The notes under the pieces were generated by a model that saw only the letters and a program-made list of their open reading frames with translations, searched no databases and was not told the origin of the DNA. A DNA stretch of 64,000 bases, taken from assembly GCF_009914755.1 (NCBI RefSeq), contig NC_060930.1. One strand, given 5' to 3'. Source of the stretch: the human T2T-CHM13v2.0 reference genome, Homo sapiens. Both the position numbers and the translations under genes were made by a program. How positions within the stretch are numbered: position 1 is the stretch's first letter; every line of letters begins with the position of its first letter. Shown here one piece after another: positions 42,570 to 57,110 of the stretch.

Positions 42570-43130
42570 TGTCAGCGAGGATTCTTAGGTGTAAGCGATG
42601 AAGACCGAGTCTAGCCAATTCAAGCAGAAAAGGAATTGACAGGCTGTTGGGAAGCTCACAGAATTGCCAGAAGGGCAGGAACAAGGGAGACCACACCATG
42701 AGGATGCTGCAAAAACAGGTCACAAGTACAGAGAAGACCTGAGCATGCCAGACACAACTTGTACCTCCATATCGCCCCACTGGCATCCTGGTGGCAGACA
42801 CATGTGCACACACCTGAAATTGGGTATTGCTGTGTGTACTGCAAGGAGAAATTCCTCCTCTCCTTGTTTCTTTGTATTACTGGCTAATGAGTCAAAGACC
42901 AGGGCATGTGCATCTGATTGGCTGGGTCAATAATCTAGCTGCCTGTAACTCCAGTTACTCTAGTTTCTAGTTTGGGAAAGCAAGTAAGTGTTTGGCCTTT
43001 CCAGCCTCTCTTTTGGGAAGTGGAGTCTGCCTCCTATCAGGCTCATAGTAAGGTGAGGAGTTACCCAAATCCCAGAAGAGGGTTCATAGCTTGGGCAGCC
43101 AAATGGTTGGACAGGTGGTCGCTACATTGC
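42570..43130. mobile_element. Old MLT1-family LTR
   Basis: tgtcagcgaggattcttaggtgtaagc...agcagaaaaggaatt...gcatctgattggctggg. Confidence 0.55.
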
Positions 43131-43229
43131 TGCTTTAATGCTTGCAATTGCACTGGGCTTGCTTTAGGAAGTGTTTGTTGGTAAGAGAATTGTCATCATC
43201 ATGGGTTTGTTTGCATCGTGATTGACCAT

Positions 43230-43420
43230 TTAGGAAGTGTTTTTGCATCAGCATTTCATTGAGTGAGGTGGAGGAAGTATTGTAGTGCCATTTTGTAAGG
43301 AGGAGGTAAGGAAACTGCTGGACAAAGAGGTAAAGCAGTCTGATGTAGGTAGGACAGTTAGCTGTTGAGGGCGGAACTACAGCTTCTGACTCCAGTGCCC
43401 ATGGAGGCTCTCCTCCGCAC
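43230..43420 (-). mobile_element. MIR
   Basis: ccattttgtaag...gaaactg...agaggtaaagcagtctg...ttctgactccagtgccc. Confidence 0.6.
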
Positions 43421-44793
43421 CAGCCTATCCCGGCTGTGCCCTGTGCATTGCTGCAAGGGGCCAGGGAGGAGTGTTCGCATCATACCCACGCACTCGGAGC
43501 CTCTTCCAAAGGACTGAGATGTGTACTAGGGTATCTGGTTCTGCGAGGGCTAATTTGGCATTTTGTATTCTTGTTCTGTCTACTTGTGTTGTTTAATGTT
43601 GAACATCTCTCTGGTTGACTGAAGCCATATGTCATTCAAATGGAACCTGTGCTTTGGCGTTGGCCTGACAATCACTCAGCTGTGGAGTACAGCAATAAAA
43701 ATTAGGAAAACTGTATCTGTTCATTAGACCAGTGGAATTTACAATCACTTTTGTGGCTGTGCCCCACAGCTCTACACTCTGGCAAATGAGAGTATCGTAA
43801 ATTAAGCCTTTGCCCTTTTTTCCCTCTGTGAATTGCATATTTGTTTCACACTCGCAAATTGCTGTAGAAGCCAGATAGATGAGCACTTTAAAAGATTACA
43901 ACAATGGAAAATGTGTTTTGGGAATGAAGTGCCTCAAAACAAGTACTGTAAGAGGTATTCTTTTTCATATAATGCTAAACACTTCTGCAAACCCTTAAGA
44001 ATTTTATTTTAGAAGTATCGGGTAGCTTTTCTGTTACAGGAAGCAGAGGGTTTATATCATTGTTTTTGTAAAGTCAACTCTTGCTGGGAGTTAAGATATA
44101 AACATATGACACATGTGTATATATGTACAGCGTGCGCATATGTGTGTGTGTAAGCTTAGCCTTCCTGTGTTTTAGACTAGTGATCTTTCACATACAGCAG
44201 GAAAGCTAAGAGTCAACTCATTCATGATATTGGGAGAAAAGCAAAGCAAAAACTGCAACAAAATCTCAAATCCTTTCTGCAGCAGCAGATGGCAAACAGT
44301 GATCAGAGGAGAAGGACCCTTCCAGCATTAGAAGATTTCCAAAGGCTGTTCCAGTAGGGGCTGTGGGCTTCTGGGAGCCCAGATGCCCCCTGATGGTATA
44401 TTTGAGTTGTGAGGTGGAGGCCAGGTGGCAAGAGACTGCAGGCCAATGTCAATGAAAAGCCTGGGAGGAAAAAGAGATTTCTGGGAGAGGGAGACATCTT
44501 AGTGTGAGCGAATGACCAGTCGTTTAGTAGAGCGGGTCAAAGGAAAAGAAGGATGTGATAAGAGAGAGAAGGGAGGAGCTAGAAAATGGAATGCTGGTAG
44601 TGAAAGGAGAGAGAAAGAAAAATAGCGAGAATGTTTCATGATTGTGTTAGAGGCAAAAGCTTACTACAAGGCATTTCTAAGATAGTAGATAAGATGATGT
44701 AGTGTTTAAAGTGTCAAACTTAAGGCTCTTTATAGAGTAGGAAACAGTTATTTAGATTTATTGTGTAAGTTTTGCTTAAGACAAATGCACATC

Positions 44794-45080
44794 AGCCAGG
44801 CACAGTGGCTCACGCCTGTAATCCCAGCACTTTGGGAGGCCGAGGCTGGCAGATTAGCTGAGGTCAAGGAGTTCGAGAACAGCCTGGACAACATGGCGAA
44901 ACCCCGTCTCTACTAAAAATACAAAGATTAGCTGGGCGTGGTGGCGCATGCCTGTAATCCCAGCTACTTGGGAGGCTGAGGCAAGAGTTTCAGTTGAACC
45001 CCGGGAGGCGGAGGTTTCAGTGAGCCAAGATCGTGCAACTGCACTCCAGCCTGGGCCACGGAGCGAGACTCTGTCTCAAA

Positions 45081-45112
<32 letters not shown>

Positions 45113-45122
45113 AAGAAAAAAA
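44794..45122 (+). mobile_element. AluS with a long A-rich tail
   Basis: Full dimer. Confidence 0.95.
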
Positions 45123-48100
45123 CACACATTGATGGCTTTTGGTGGATGTTAGTTATTAAGCTTTTAGTATTTTTAAAAATCCTTGTTAGTTTTGTATAGC
45201 GAACAGAAATTTTAAATTGAAAACTGCATAGTCATTTTTTCGTGTTTCTTGTGTAATCCATGTTCTCAGACTAGCATAATTTATAAGCACTTTTGTGGCT
45301 GTAGAGAAAAAGGCTAAAGAGAAGGGTTTAGAAGTCTGTACTGGTCTTGTTAGCTTGATAGTAGAGGTTAGAAGGGTATTTAAAATGCACTGACAGTGAC
45401 AGCGTGTTGCCTGGGGCCTGCAGGAGTTTCGAGAGAGCCCTGCCAGGTGAGTTGGCTCAAGTTAGGTCTTCTCCTTCTCCCTGGGTGGGGCCTGCATGGC
45501 TGGGAACAGCCTCTCTGGGAGCCACTCTTGGAACCTGAGAAAGCTGATTTCTGTTAATTACGGCTCACTCAGGCAGTCACAATTTGGTACTAGGAGAGCC
45601 AGAAGTTGCTTTTCTGGACCCAAATAGGGTTTAGTATATGGTATTTGAAATTTTAGATGTACCAGATTTGAAATTCTGGCATGTTGTATTTGAAGAAATT
45701 GCATAATTTCTACTAGTTTTTGTTTTCAAAGCTTTGGAAAATAGACTCCTGCTTATACTGTTTTAAAAATACATGTATGTATACAATGTATGCACACATC
45801 TATGTATATATATAGTGTCACATGTAATACCTTTAGGTTCTCTCTAAATGTCTGCACAAATGGCATATTGTCTTCGGTTTTGCATCATTCCTTCTCAGAG
45901 CCTGAGGACTGCACGGGTTCCCATACCTCAATACTGGGCTACTTTCAACACCTGTGGTTGGAATTTTAGTCTTTAGTGATACATACTGGTGGATCTCCAG
46001 TGTTCCTGTCCCCATTGTGGGGAAGTAGTTATAGCAATAATTCCAAATGGTAGATATTCCTTAAAAATTGCCTCACGGTTTGGGGCTACAGTATTCGATT
46101 TGGGGTGGCGGCAAGTTTAACTTCCTCCCCATGGCTTATTTGGGTTAATAAGGCGAAGATGTGTTCTTGACTAATGTGAGGAGGCATCCTGAAGGCTAGT
46201 GTAGCATTGGGGGAAGCCCTAATGCTTAAGTATGCACAGTTGATATTTGAGAACTAGAACTCATTCACTTGGGTAGTAACATACATACTTCTGCTTTAAA
46301 ATAAAATGTACTAATTTATTTCAGAGTCAAGCAATCATACAGCCAGTATTTTTTTAAGCATCTGCTGTATGCCTAGCATGGCCCTGGGAATTAATAAAAT
46401 TCTGCCCCATCACTGCTCATCCTGTCCTGAATGATTCCTCTTTCACTTGTGTGTTCCTTTCTTCCCCAGCTGGGTTGCAGCTGTTCAACAGATCTTACTC
46501 TCGTTTCTCTTCTCTGCTAGTTGAAAGGGAGTCCTCCCTCTCAGCCTTGGTCCCAGTGGAGCAGCAATTCCCATGTTCTGGGACCCATTTCCGCCCAGCT
46601 CCTCGGGCAGAGTTGGCCAGCCTGCCTCTCTGCTGTGCTTCTTTGATGCCACTCAGAATCTCCCTGTTTGCCCATGGGCTCCCTCTCTTCTGCTAGGGGC
46701 TGTTTCTGTTCAGAGATTCTGTCTTATTCATATTTGTACCATCTACAGGGCCTGGGATGATTCTGTGGACACCTAATCATTGCACAATAAAGTATCAGTC
46801 AACACATGTGAATAATGGAAAATATAGAGGTGTTTGAAATCCATTTGGGAAAACAAAGCGTAGCTACAGATACCAACTATAAGGGTGCCTTGCCTTGCCT
46901 TTTTCTTTCATTGCTGTGGTCTCTTTCAATCAGGAGACCAGAAATGTAGCACGGTTCCCATCACACACTGGCCACATACTCTTAGACATTTTTCTGTGAA
47001 AGGATACTGATTCTATACTTTTTCGTAGGATTGTTATGGAGGTAAATGAGATCGTCTGTGTGAAAATAGTTTAAAACGTTTAAAAGTGCTTTGTATAACG
47101 TCTTGCTATTGTCGTGAGTGCTAGTTTTGGGTGAGGGAAGGTGATATCAGTGACAACATTTTATAATGAGGTCTGTTCGGTAGTTATTTTGTAAATCATT
47201 TTGTAGTACACAGAGCTGATTAGCTTTATACTGTATTTTTGTGGCTAGGGGCTTTTATGTTGAGGCCTCAGGATAGAGAACAAAGTAAGGTTATGATAAA
47301 ATCTTACACGGGGAACCCGAAAAGAGGGAGAGTTCGCTGTCTTAATTTCTGCATTTTCTAAGGGTAGAGCCTGAATTAACGCAACTGCCTTAGATTTCTT
47401 CTGGCATCCCTGGGAGTTATAGTCAAGGAGTGTTTGTGAGGCGCCTTTAGGCTCCCCATACCGACAGCATCTTACTTCGGGGCTCTCTCCCTGCATCAAA
47501 TCTTCCTCGTCAGCTTGCAGATTCTCAATTATATGTTAACCGTCTTTATTCTTGGTAGCATTATTGTAAATTTGGGGTAGTAGTTATAATTTCTTCTAAT
47601 TGTTTCTCCCAGAGCTATTGTTTGCCTAATATTCATATAAACCTGGCAAAGAGTTCATTGCTAGGGGGATTCCCAAGTTACTCCAGGGACTTGGTGATCT
47701 GAGAGCTCCCACAGTTGGGGTCCTCCACTCTGGACAAATAGATTGCCTTGTCTTCGTGACAATTTACTTTTCTTCTTTGGGGATCTGTGTGGAAAGTTAA
47801 AATAAGTCATAGCCCTTCCTCTCCTTGCTTTTCTTTACTTTTCTGAGCTTTACTTCCTTCTCCTCTGGACGTGCTGCCTCTGAACGCCATGTCTTCCATG
47901 CTTTCCTCTCCAGCGTGAGCCTGACACACATCAGCCCCAGCACTCGGCCCACGCTCCCCACAGCATGATCTCACTCTCCGATCCTCACCTCGGGACTGTC
48001 ACCTCGTCTCACTCCAGCCCCATCTCTTCACCTTTCCTTGCTTTGACTCTTGACTTCTTCTGAGAGTTGCCGGCTCCTCTGAGTGGCAGGTGCTGGAGGT

Positions 48101-48369
48101 GCTGGAGGTAAGCTGTTACCTGTTCTGCTGGTGTTTGCCTTCCTCCTGTGCAGGTGTTTCCTGTTAACCTGCCCTGGCAGTTCAGCCTACTCAGACCAGC
48201 AGTAAGTTCTCTTTCTCTGGCAATGGCATTTTGTATCAACAACAGCTGTAGGTCAGGGAAGAGGCATTTCAGGAGCCAGAATCGCGGGACCCTCATTTAT
48301 TCTGATAAAGTATCACTTGGAACTGTTTTCTTTGAGATTCTCTGGGAAAAAAAATATCGTGCCCTAATG

Positions 48370-48583
48370 CAGTGTTTTCTAAACTGCTGATTATGACTCA
48401 TTAATGGGAGCAAGAAAGTAATGTATTAGACTGCAACTAGAAATGTTTTTAATGGAAGGAATTTGATGTAAATAGTAGAAGATACAAATGTAGCACATAC
48501 AGCAAGTGTCCTCTGTGTTCAAGGTTTTGACATAAAATATGTTTCTTCCTCCGAGTTGGCGTCAAAACATTTGACAGCCATTA
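48370..48583. mobile_element. MER112-like hAT relic
   Basis: cagtgttttctaaactgc...tatgactcattaatggg...aaaatatgtttctt...gtcaaaacatttgacagcca. Confidence 0.55.
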
Positions 48584-50241
48584 CTCTAATTAACTTTCAG
48601 TATTTTTTAAGCTCCTTTGATTCCCCTCTCCCTTTTTCCTTCTAATGATAATTTAAGAATTTTTTTTTTTTTGTAGTTCAGATAAAGTAGATTTAGAACA
48701 TGGTCTATTTTCAGGACAACCTGATGAAAAACTGAAACCATAGCTAAGTGATTTGCCAGTTGCACGGCAGGTCTTCTCTATTTCATGCAGGTCTTTGCCT
48801 CCTAAGCAGTGCGCCTTCCCAGTAAAGCTCCAGCAGATAAGGGTAAGGTGGCCACCTGGAGGGCCTTCTGTAGATGGGCGTTCCATCTGGGAGGATTAGG
48901 AGGTGTAAGGATGGAGTGCCCAAACTCCAGCAGTTGGTTTTTCCTGGATGCTGTGTGTGGGCTAATCATAGTCCGCTAAGGAGGTGGCTGCCGTGTTTCT
49001 AGGATTATTAGGCTACCACTAGTTTGGGGAGTGAAGAGCAATGGAAAAAGGTTCTGAGATTCAGGAACCACCGAATGCCCAGATACTAGTGTTGCTACTT
49101 CTTTTTTCTGGCAGTAAGAAATAGCTGTAGGTTTTAAATGATTGTGAGTGATTATTGAATGTAGTAGCCCTGGTCAGAAAATATTATCATTTCCCCCCAG
49201 TTCCTTATACCTTGTCTTGAGCTCGGGGAAGTCCTTCCGGACTACAGTGTTGCTGCTGGGATAAAGTTTCATTGTTCTTGTAAGAAACATTTTTGAAAGG
49301 AAACTAAATATGTCAAATGAATAGTTGGAAATCGTGTTTCCCTATGACATATACAGTGTATCTTTTAAATTTAAAGGATTTATTAAAGTGAAAATCATTG
49401 TAGGATACTGTTTGAAACCTGGCTTTACCTTCTAATGGTAATATAGCTAAAATAAAGTAAAATTGGAATATGATCTAATTTCAGAACTAAAATATTTTAG
49501 CCCAGTTATCCTTATATGTCACTGGATTTTGGAGGGTTCTGTCTTAAGACAGGTATTTGTACCAGTTAATGTCCAAAACAGTGAAATGCATTCACTGAAG
49601 TCTATTGACTTAATTTCAGAGGTGCTTAGAATGGACAATCAGAATACATCCATGTTGAAGTATTGGTTTGAGGTGGGTAAGTATCATTTTATGATTATTT
49701 ATTGAGTTTCAAAATGTATAGTTTAGAATGCCTAATTTTAATGATTTGTAAATATAAAATGAGGAGGCAATGGAAAGAAGTGAGACATTTATTTTGCTGA
49801 AAATTCTACCTTCAGTAAGTCCTCCTCCCTTTCCCCTGCCTGCCCTTGGGTGTCTTTCTGTTACTGATTTTAAAATGTCAACATCCTATATTTTTTTCTG
49901 ACCAATCTTTTGGGTCTACTTGGTACATGTTCCACCTGATGAAATTTTAAAAGTTGCAGATTGTTCTTCTCAAGGGAAATAACTGAATTATTTTCTTTTT
50001 GTATGAACATTTACTTTGAAATATGTTGATATTTCAAGTACTTTGATACTTTATCCAAAGCATCACTTCTTCATATTGCCACAACTTTAAAATGGAGTTC
50101 CTGTTTCTTGCCCAGTATCACAAGTTTATCATGTAAGTTAAGTTTATGTGCTAAACGACTCACAACGAAGCCTCCCCTTCCCACTTGTGCCTAGAACTTA
50201 CAGTGTCTGTGTTGGTAGAAATTTTGTATCCTAATATTGTA

Positions 50242-50481
50242 CAGGTTGAGTATCCCTCATCTGAAAATCCGAAATTAGAAATGTGCCAAAATCCTAAACT
50301 TTTTTTGAGTACTGATGTGATGCTCAGAGGAGATGCTTATTGGAGCATCCAAGATTTTGGATTTTTGGGTTAGGGATGCTCAACCAGCAATTATGTAATG
50401 CAGATATCTCAAAGTTTGAAAAAGCTTGAAATCCGAGACACTTCTGATCCCAAGCATTTCAGATAAGGGACATTCTACCCA
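50242..50481. mobile_element. Tigger4a (MER46A/Zombi-type) MITE
   Basis: ta|caggttgagtatccctcatctgaaaatcc...cccaagcatttcagataagggacattctaccca|ta; ~240 bp. Confidence 0.85.
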
Positions 50482-50525
50482 TACTTTCTAAATTAATCTC
50501 AACTACACAGATTTTACAATTTTAG

Positions 50526-50715
<190 letters not shown>

Positions 50716-50914
50716 TAAAGAAACGTGTGTGCATTTCTCATTTACAGGCTTCCTTCCTCTATTCAGCTTCTTTTCCCACCCCTGCTGGCTCTCTTGTATC
50801 CTCTGGGCTCCCCATGCCTTACCCCGTACTGCTCTCCTGGGACACAGCATGACCTCCAAAGTGTCCTTGCCTCTCTTGTCCCAGTCTGAGTGGCTGTTCG
50901 CTTCCTCCACCTTT

Positions 50915-51069
50915 CACTTCCGTTTAATGACTGAGCCTCGTGGGAGAGTGGAGTGAGCACTTCCGTTTGTGACTACTGGGTGAAATTATGCAGGTTTCCT
51001 AGCCCTTGACCGTAACAAGGACAGAGTTGAACCAGTGGCCATTCAAAGTCTTTTCCAGTTCCGGAAGTG
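50915..51069. promoter_or_regulatory. Cluster of three CGGAAGTG ETS cores
   Basis: cacttccg at 50915 and 50958; ccggaagtg at 51061; motif match only. Confidence 0.4.
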
Positions 51070-54000
51070 TATGATAAAGTAGTTCTTAATAATGTGTAAC
51101 TGTGCCGAGCCTTCCAAGGAGGAAGGGAATGGATACATATTTTTTCATTTAAAACAATAGCTCATTGATCCAGCAATATGTGGACTGTGTACTGGATATA
51201 TTTTTGAGCATCTCCTCTTCCCTTCCCTTTACACCAACTCAAACTATGATCCAGGGAACAAGCTGCAAGGAGTTAGTTTTTGAACCACTGATAATGCTTT
51301 TGTGTTCCACTGACCCTACCTTTGTACATGGAATTCAGGGGAGGAATCATTGCTTTGTGAAATGGTGGGCTGGTGGTAGCAGCATCTTCGAATGTAGAAA
51401 GATTTATTTATTTATAAACCCACTCCTCATTTGTTATGAGAACATTCTGAAACTCAGGAAGGCGACAGAAGACTCATGCTCATTTGAAGCCTGTCCTGTC
51501 CTAGGTAATAGGGACAAAACCCCCAGCCTCTTCACTGCCTGTGTCAGTGTGCAGCCTCCTCTCGGGAGAGCAGTGGGTGCCAGTAACGTACCAATGCTGG
51601 CTCTTCCCACGGGACTGTCTGTTCATGGATTCTGCAGTTGACACGATTCCCAAAGTCTCAGAGGAAGAAATTTAAGAGCCAAGTTGGGTCTTGGACAGTC
51701 TGTGGAGAAGTTGGACCCTTGCATGATTACCATTGCTATTACTTTTCTCCATTGCTATGTTTTTCACCATATACATCATTTAAATTTAGGGGTAGATAGA
51801 TTAATGAGTACATTTTCTCCCTGAAAAGTATCTTCATGGAACACTTAGACTGTATCTTTTTAAAGGATGATGCTTTAAATTAATGCAGTTTTTGAAATTT
51901 TCATTTTTGATGGGCTTGGCATTTTCTTCTGTTTTCATCAGCTTAGTTACAAAAATCATTTTGAGGAGGGCCAGAAGAGAAAAAGGATACAGGAAGGCTG
52001 TGGAGCACCCACCCTCCTGCACCCTCAGAGAGTGGGCTTTTGACTCGTGGTAACAATGCAACCGCATAATCTCACCTCACCCCCAATTCTTTCATTTGAA
52101 AAAAAAAGAAGAAACAATTTCAAAGGCTGTATTTAAAACCTACACACGAATGAGTAATTTATATGCATTTGTCATGCAAGTATACGATCCCCAGGGTGGA
52201 AAGTGGCCTGCAGTGAATGGTCTCGCTCCTCCTGTTCCCCTACAAGGCTCCCCTTCCAAATTGGAAGATACCAGTTGCTTGTCTTTTTGTTGACTCTTTT
52301 AAAATTCTAGTCCTCTTCTGGTAAATCCTATTTTCTGTACCCTGTCCCCACCCCATAGTTATCTCAAAGAGAACAGTCTTTTCAATCAAGCATTCACTGC
52401 ACATGTCCCAGTCATGCGGTTACAAAGTTGACATTGCAGCCTCAGCAAAGGTTATCTCTTTAAAATTTTCTGAAATTCCCCTTTGGCACATTCATTTTGG
52501 CAGCTGGGTTTATATAGGAAAGTGGTAAAGCTCTTGGCTCCTCTTTTTGTGCTTTATAAAAATAGAAATCTCTGGCCAGAAGGGCAGATAAGCAAGAAGC
52601 TCCTCTGTAATTCCCATCACTTCTGCTTCCCGAGTGTTTTCTGTTTTACACTGTAGTAAATGGTGTCCTCACCATGTGCTTGTGGACCAAGTGGGTGGTT
52701 TTTAGAAACACGAACATACTGTAGCCTGACACTTATTTTAAAGTCTTATTAGAAAACCCTGCTGTTCTAACATGTGTGTGAAGTACTGTTAGACTGTGTT
52801 GACTTTTGATTTTGTAATCCTTTTGCATTAAAAACAATGGAAAATCTCAAAGATGACATTCACGGATTCAAAATTACCAGTTACAGTCTGGGCAATAATA
52901 TAACAAGAAAGAGGGAAAATCCAAATTGCTTTGTAGTGAGATGTACTCATTACTAAATAAATGATACCACGAGTGTGCTTTCCTGGGACAGCATTTTTGG
53001 GATGGAAACAACCAAATCCCCGTGAGGCAAGGCAGCTCAGGCCTTTTTATTTTCTAGGAAAGTGTTGCTTCTGTGAGCAGAATTGACCCGTTCGTTACTA
53101 TAGATTACCTCCTGAGCCCTTCATTTCTTTCCACGTATCCTATGACCTTCACAGGAATAGAGTTTTACGAAGTCATGTTGATGCATTTCCATAGTTATGA
53201 GTCTCGCATTTAAAAATGACTGTATATTTGGTATGGAAAATACTTATTTTTTAATTTTGTTTTAAATGCAAATATTGATACCCTAGGTGTCAAAGCTTCC
53301 ACATTAAAAGTGAGTGTGGCTCTTTTTACTGTTAAAAATTTTTTCCTGTTTTATATTATTATATCAATAAGGCACACAAACTTATAGGTGAGTTTTTCAC
53401 TGCTGTGACAGTTTAGGAAAGACCACATTTTAAAATGCCAGCTCTGTTTTCTTCAAGAATAGGCAGTATGAATTATTTAACTCTTAGGCAACCCTCCTAC
53501 CATACCAAGTTTATATACACTGGAAATATGCTATTTTTTAAGCTATTTTAGAATAAGATTTGTCATCCCTTGTATTAAACAAATGCTCTTCTTTCAGAAG
53601 CTGCGGATTTTTTCCTGTTGTTCTTCTATTTTGTCAAAAAACACACTGTAGACTTTATAGATCTGTGGTATCGAATACTCTCGATTGGATCCTCAGGAAG
53701 AAAGTGTTTTAAAGTGTGTAATTAGGGCACTTGAGCATAAAACTACAATTATACACTTGCGTGTTAATTTTGTGTACAGTAAGACTTTAGTTCAACACTG
53801 GTTGTAAATGAGAGGAAGCATTTGACTGCCAGTGAATGCCTGCATTTTATGAATACTTGAATAAAATCTCCTCTAATTGGCTGACCTGGAAAGAAAGGTG
53901 AAAACATCTGTAGTTCAGTGGGAGAGGAGAATACAAAATGTGTACTAGAGATTTCCTTTTCCAGGTACCTCGAAAAGTGATCTCACTCTTGTGTACAGCC

Positions 54001-56191
54001 GTGTTTGCTGTGCCTTCGGGATCGTTTGTGCTATTCTAGCTGCTGTTTCACAATAAAGGCGAACAGGGTGAAAGCAGTTTAGATAGGCAAAGGAAAAGAA
54101 TCAAGGGACAGACTGGCATGGACAGTAGTTGGCAAGGAATTTTTGATATGGTTAAAAAAAAGGCTTTGGGCTGATATAATTGACTTGCGTTGGTTGACTA
54201 TACATTTGTTAATCAAATTCTGTGTACAAGAGTTAGGCAACACTCCTTGAAGCCTGAAGGAGTTAATTTTATGAAAACTAAAGGATGTACCAGTTTGCAA
54301 AGTGGATAATAATGTGGGAGAGCTTGTTACCCTAAAGAGATAGCCTGGACTGGAAATATAAATTAATTTAAGAAGTGTATAAATAAATTCATGGATAATA
54401 GATTCATAATGGTTATTAAGAGGAAATAAAGGCTGTTCAGGACATATCCCTGACTTCTGGAAATTGAGGTCATGAGAGGCACTACCATTTAGTTCCCACA
54501 GCTATATAGAATATTCACTCCGCAGAACATTGGTCTGACCTACTATTCACTTCAGCTGTGATTTGCTAAATATAGAGTAGTTGAACTTAGAATAAGCAGT
54601 GAAATTTTGTAGGCAATTAATAATTGTAAAGAAATCCAAGAGGGATTGTATGTGTATGTCTTTATAATCTTATATCGTGTGTACCCTTCTAAGTTTTATA
54701 AAAAATTTGTCACGAAAAAGACTTGTTACTGATAAAAAATGAGAACTTTTCAATGTTTCCCAAATCAAAAAAGGTAAATCTATTTTATCCTATGATTTTT
54801 TTTAAATTTCTAAGCTAATGGGGAGGGTTAAATTATCCCAGATGTGTTGGTTTCAGAAAGCCTGTTAAAAACTGGCAATGTTTATGGCCCAGAAGTTACC
54901 TGTTAGGAAGGAACCAGGGCCCAGGCCAGAACATACTGGACTTCAGAGCAATGTGAGAGCCATGGACCCAGCTTGTGGGTGTGGGTGGTCAGCTAGCCCA
55001 TTCTGCAGTGTGGGACACTGCCTGACCCTTTTGTATACTTTGCCAACTTCTTTCTCATCCCGGGTCATCTTTTTCCTGTTAGTCAAGAGAAGCCAGATAG
55101 AATTGGAGGGAACTTAGCTTTAGTATACAGTGCATACAGTAAGTGCTCAATATACATTTGTTGACTATTTCTCATTTTTCAAGGGTGAAAGGTGAATTTC
55201 AGGAAATTGTGGAGTTTTTGTTGTTGTTGTTGTTGTTTGTTTTTTCCTTAGACAAACCTAAGAACAAGATTTATTTTTCTTCTTAAAATAAGAAAGAGGG
55301 GAGGAAAAGGCACCTAAGCTGTTTAGGAGTCTCATTTGGGAACTTAGCTTAAGGGACTGTGGAATGTTGAGCAGTTGTAAGATCTTGACCTTGTAAACTT
55401 TATTTATTACCTTCTAGCACATTATTTTTGACTGGACATGTTGACATAATAAAATTTCCTTGTGCAATTGGTTCAACCACGCATCAGCTTAGCATCTGAA
55501 TTTCTTGCTGTGGGGAATTTTCAGTCTGTCTCTTATGCATGAAAAATGGTGTTTGATCTTCCTGTGAAATCAGGAGCCAGCAGGATTTGCCACATGTGAA
55601 TGGAGCTGTTGTGGACTTAAGATTTTTCTTCTGCTTTTTGCTTTCCCATTTTGTAGAATTTACCTGGAGGGGTTCAAATCTGTGACGAAAAACAAACACA
55701 TAAAAATTAAGGAGCTTTCTTCTGTTTAAGATAAATTGTTATACTTTTTGATAACTCTTAGACAGCAGCAGTAAATAATCCTAAATAAATTTCATTTTGT
55801 TCTAGATTCATGAAAAACAGAGTTGGTTTAAGGAGTGATTTTGGTATATATTCTTTGAGGCTGTTAATTCTTTATACCTATACCACAAACAGATTCTCAC
55901 ATTCAAAAATAACATTATACTACATATGGTTTTGTAGCCTGCTATCTTTAAACCTCAACTCAGTAATATATGGACAGAACTTTTTGTTATTAAATATAGT
56001 GTAAAATGAGGATTGTTATTTTTAATGGCTCTATAGTATTTTATTGAATCCTCACCTCTGCTTTTTTTTTCCCCCCCCTCAAACCAGTTCCCTGTTGATG
56101 GACATTTAAACATTTAGGCTGTTTCCCTATTTTTGAGTGGAGCAGCAATGAACTCCTTGCTACACATATCTTTGCATACTTGTTTCATACC

Positions 56192-56507
56192 TTTTCTTTT
56201 TCTTTTCTGTTTTTTTTTTTTTTGAGACGGAGTCTCACACTTTCCCCCGGGCTGGAGTACAATGGCGCAATTTCGGCTCACTGCAGTCTCTGCCTCTCCG
56301 GTTCAAGCGATTCTCCTGCCTCACTCTCCTGAGTAGCTGGGACTACAGGTGTGCATCACCACACCCAGCGAATTTTCTTTTTTTTTTTTGTATTTTTAGT
56401 AGTGACGGGGTTTCACCATGTTGGCCAGGATGGTCTCTATCTCTTGACCTCGTGATCCAGCCACCTCGGCCTCCCAAAGTGACAGGCGTGAGCCACCACA
56501 CCCGGCC
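56192..56507 (-). mobile_element. AluSc-like inside an old L1 fragment (~56010-56620)
   Basis: caggatggtctctatctcttgacctcgtga; TSD tcataccttttctt / tcatactttttctt. Confidence 0.93.
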
Positions 56508-56839
56508 TCATACTTTTTCTTAAGATAAATTCCTAAAGTAGAATTTTGGGTTAAAAGAACGTTGTTTCTATACATATTATGACTTGCCTTACATATTTTA
56601 CTTTGTAAATTCACCATGATTATTTCAGTTTGCCCTGTTGCTCTGTAATATTTTGGATTATGTAAAATGAAAACATAAAAACTCACAGATAAGCATCTAG
56701 GATCAGTCATTAATTATAAAACAAAATTTACATCTAGGTCTAAAGGCAAGAAAGATTTAAGCATAAATGTGTTAAAATGTGTGTTATAGAATGATAAAAA
56801 TGGAGACGAACAGTTTAGACTTCTGTATTAAGTGTATAT

Positions 56840-57110
56840 ACATATGCCACCAATATTTTAAAGCTATTATTTATATCCATTAAAATGCCTAAATCTTAAG
56901 CATGCAATTCAGTGAGTTTTGACAATTACATACGTCTAGGATACCACTATCCTAATTAGACTATTTCCGTCACTCCTAGAAAATTCCTTCATGTCTCTTT
57001 CCAGCCAGGCCCCATATCCCACAATCATTGTTATGATTTCTGTCACAATAAGTTGATTTTGCCTGATTTTGAATTTCATGCAAACAGACCATATGGTGTG
57101 TTGAGAATGT
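56840..57110 (-). mobile_element. Old L1M 3' fragment
   Basis: aaatcttaagcatgcaattcagtgagttttgacaa...tcctagaaaattccttcatgtctctttccag. Confidence 0.7.

Noticed and set aside
51165-51641. 158-aa ORF on +
   Set aside because: Non-ATG start, random-looking composition and no recognisable homology.
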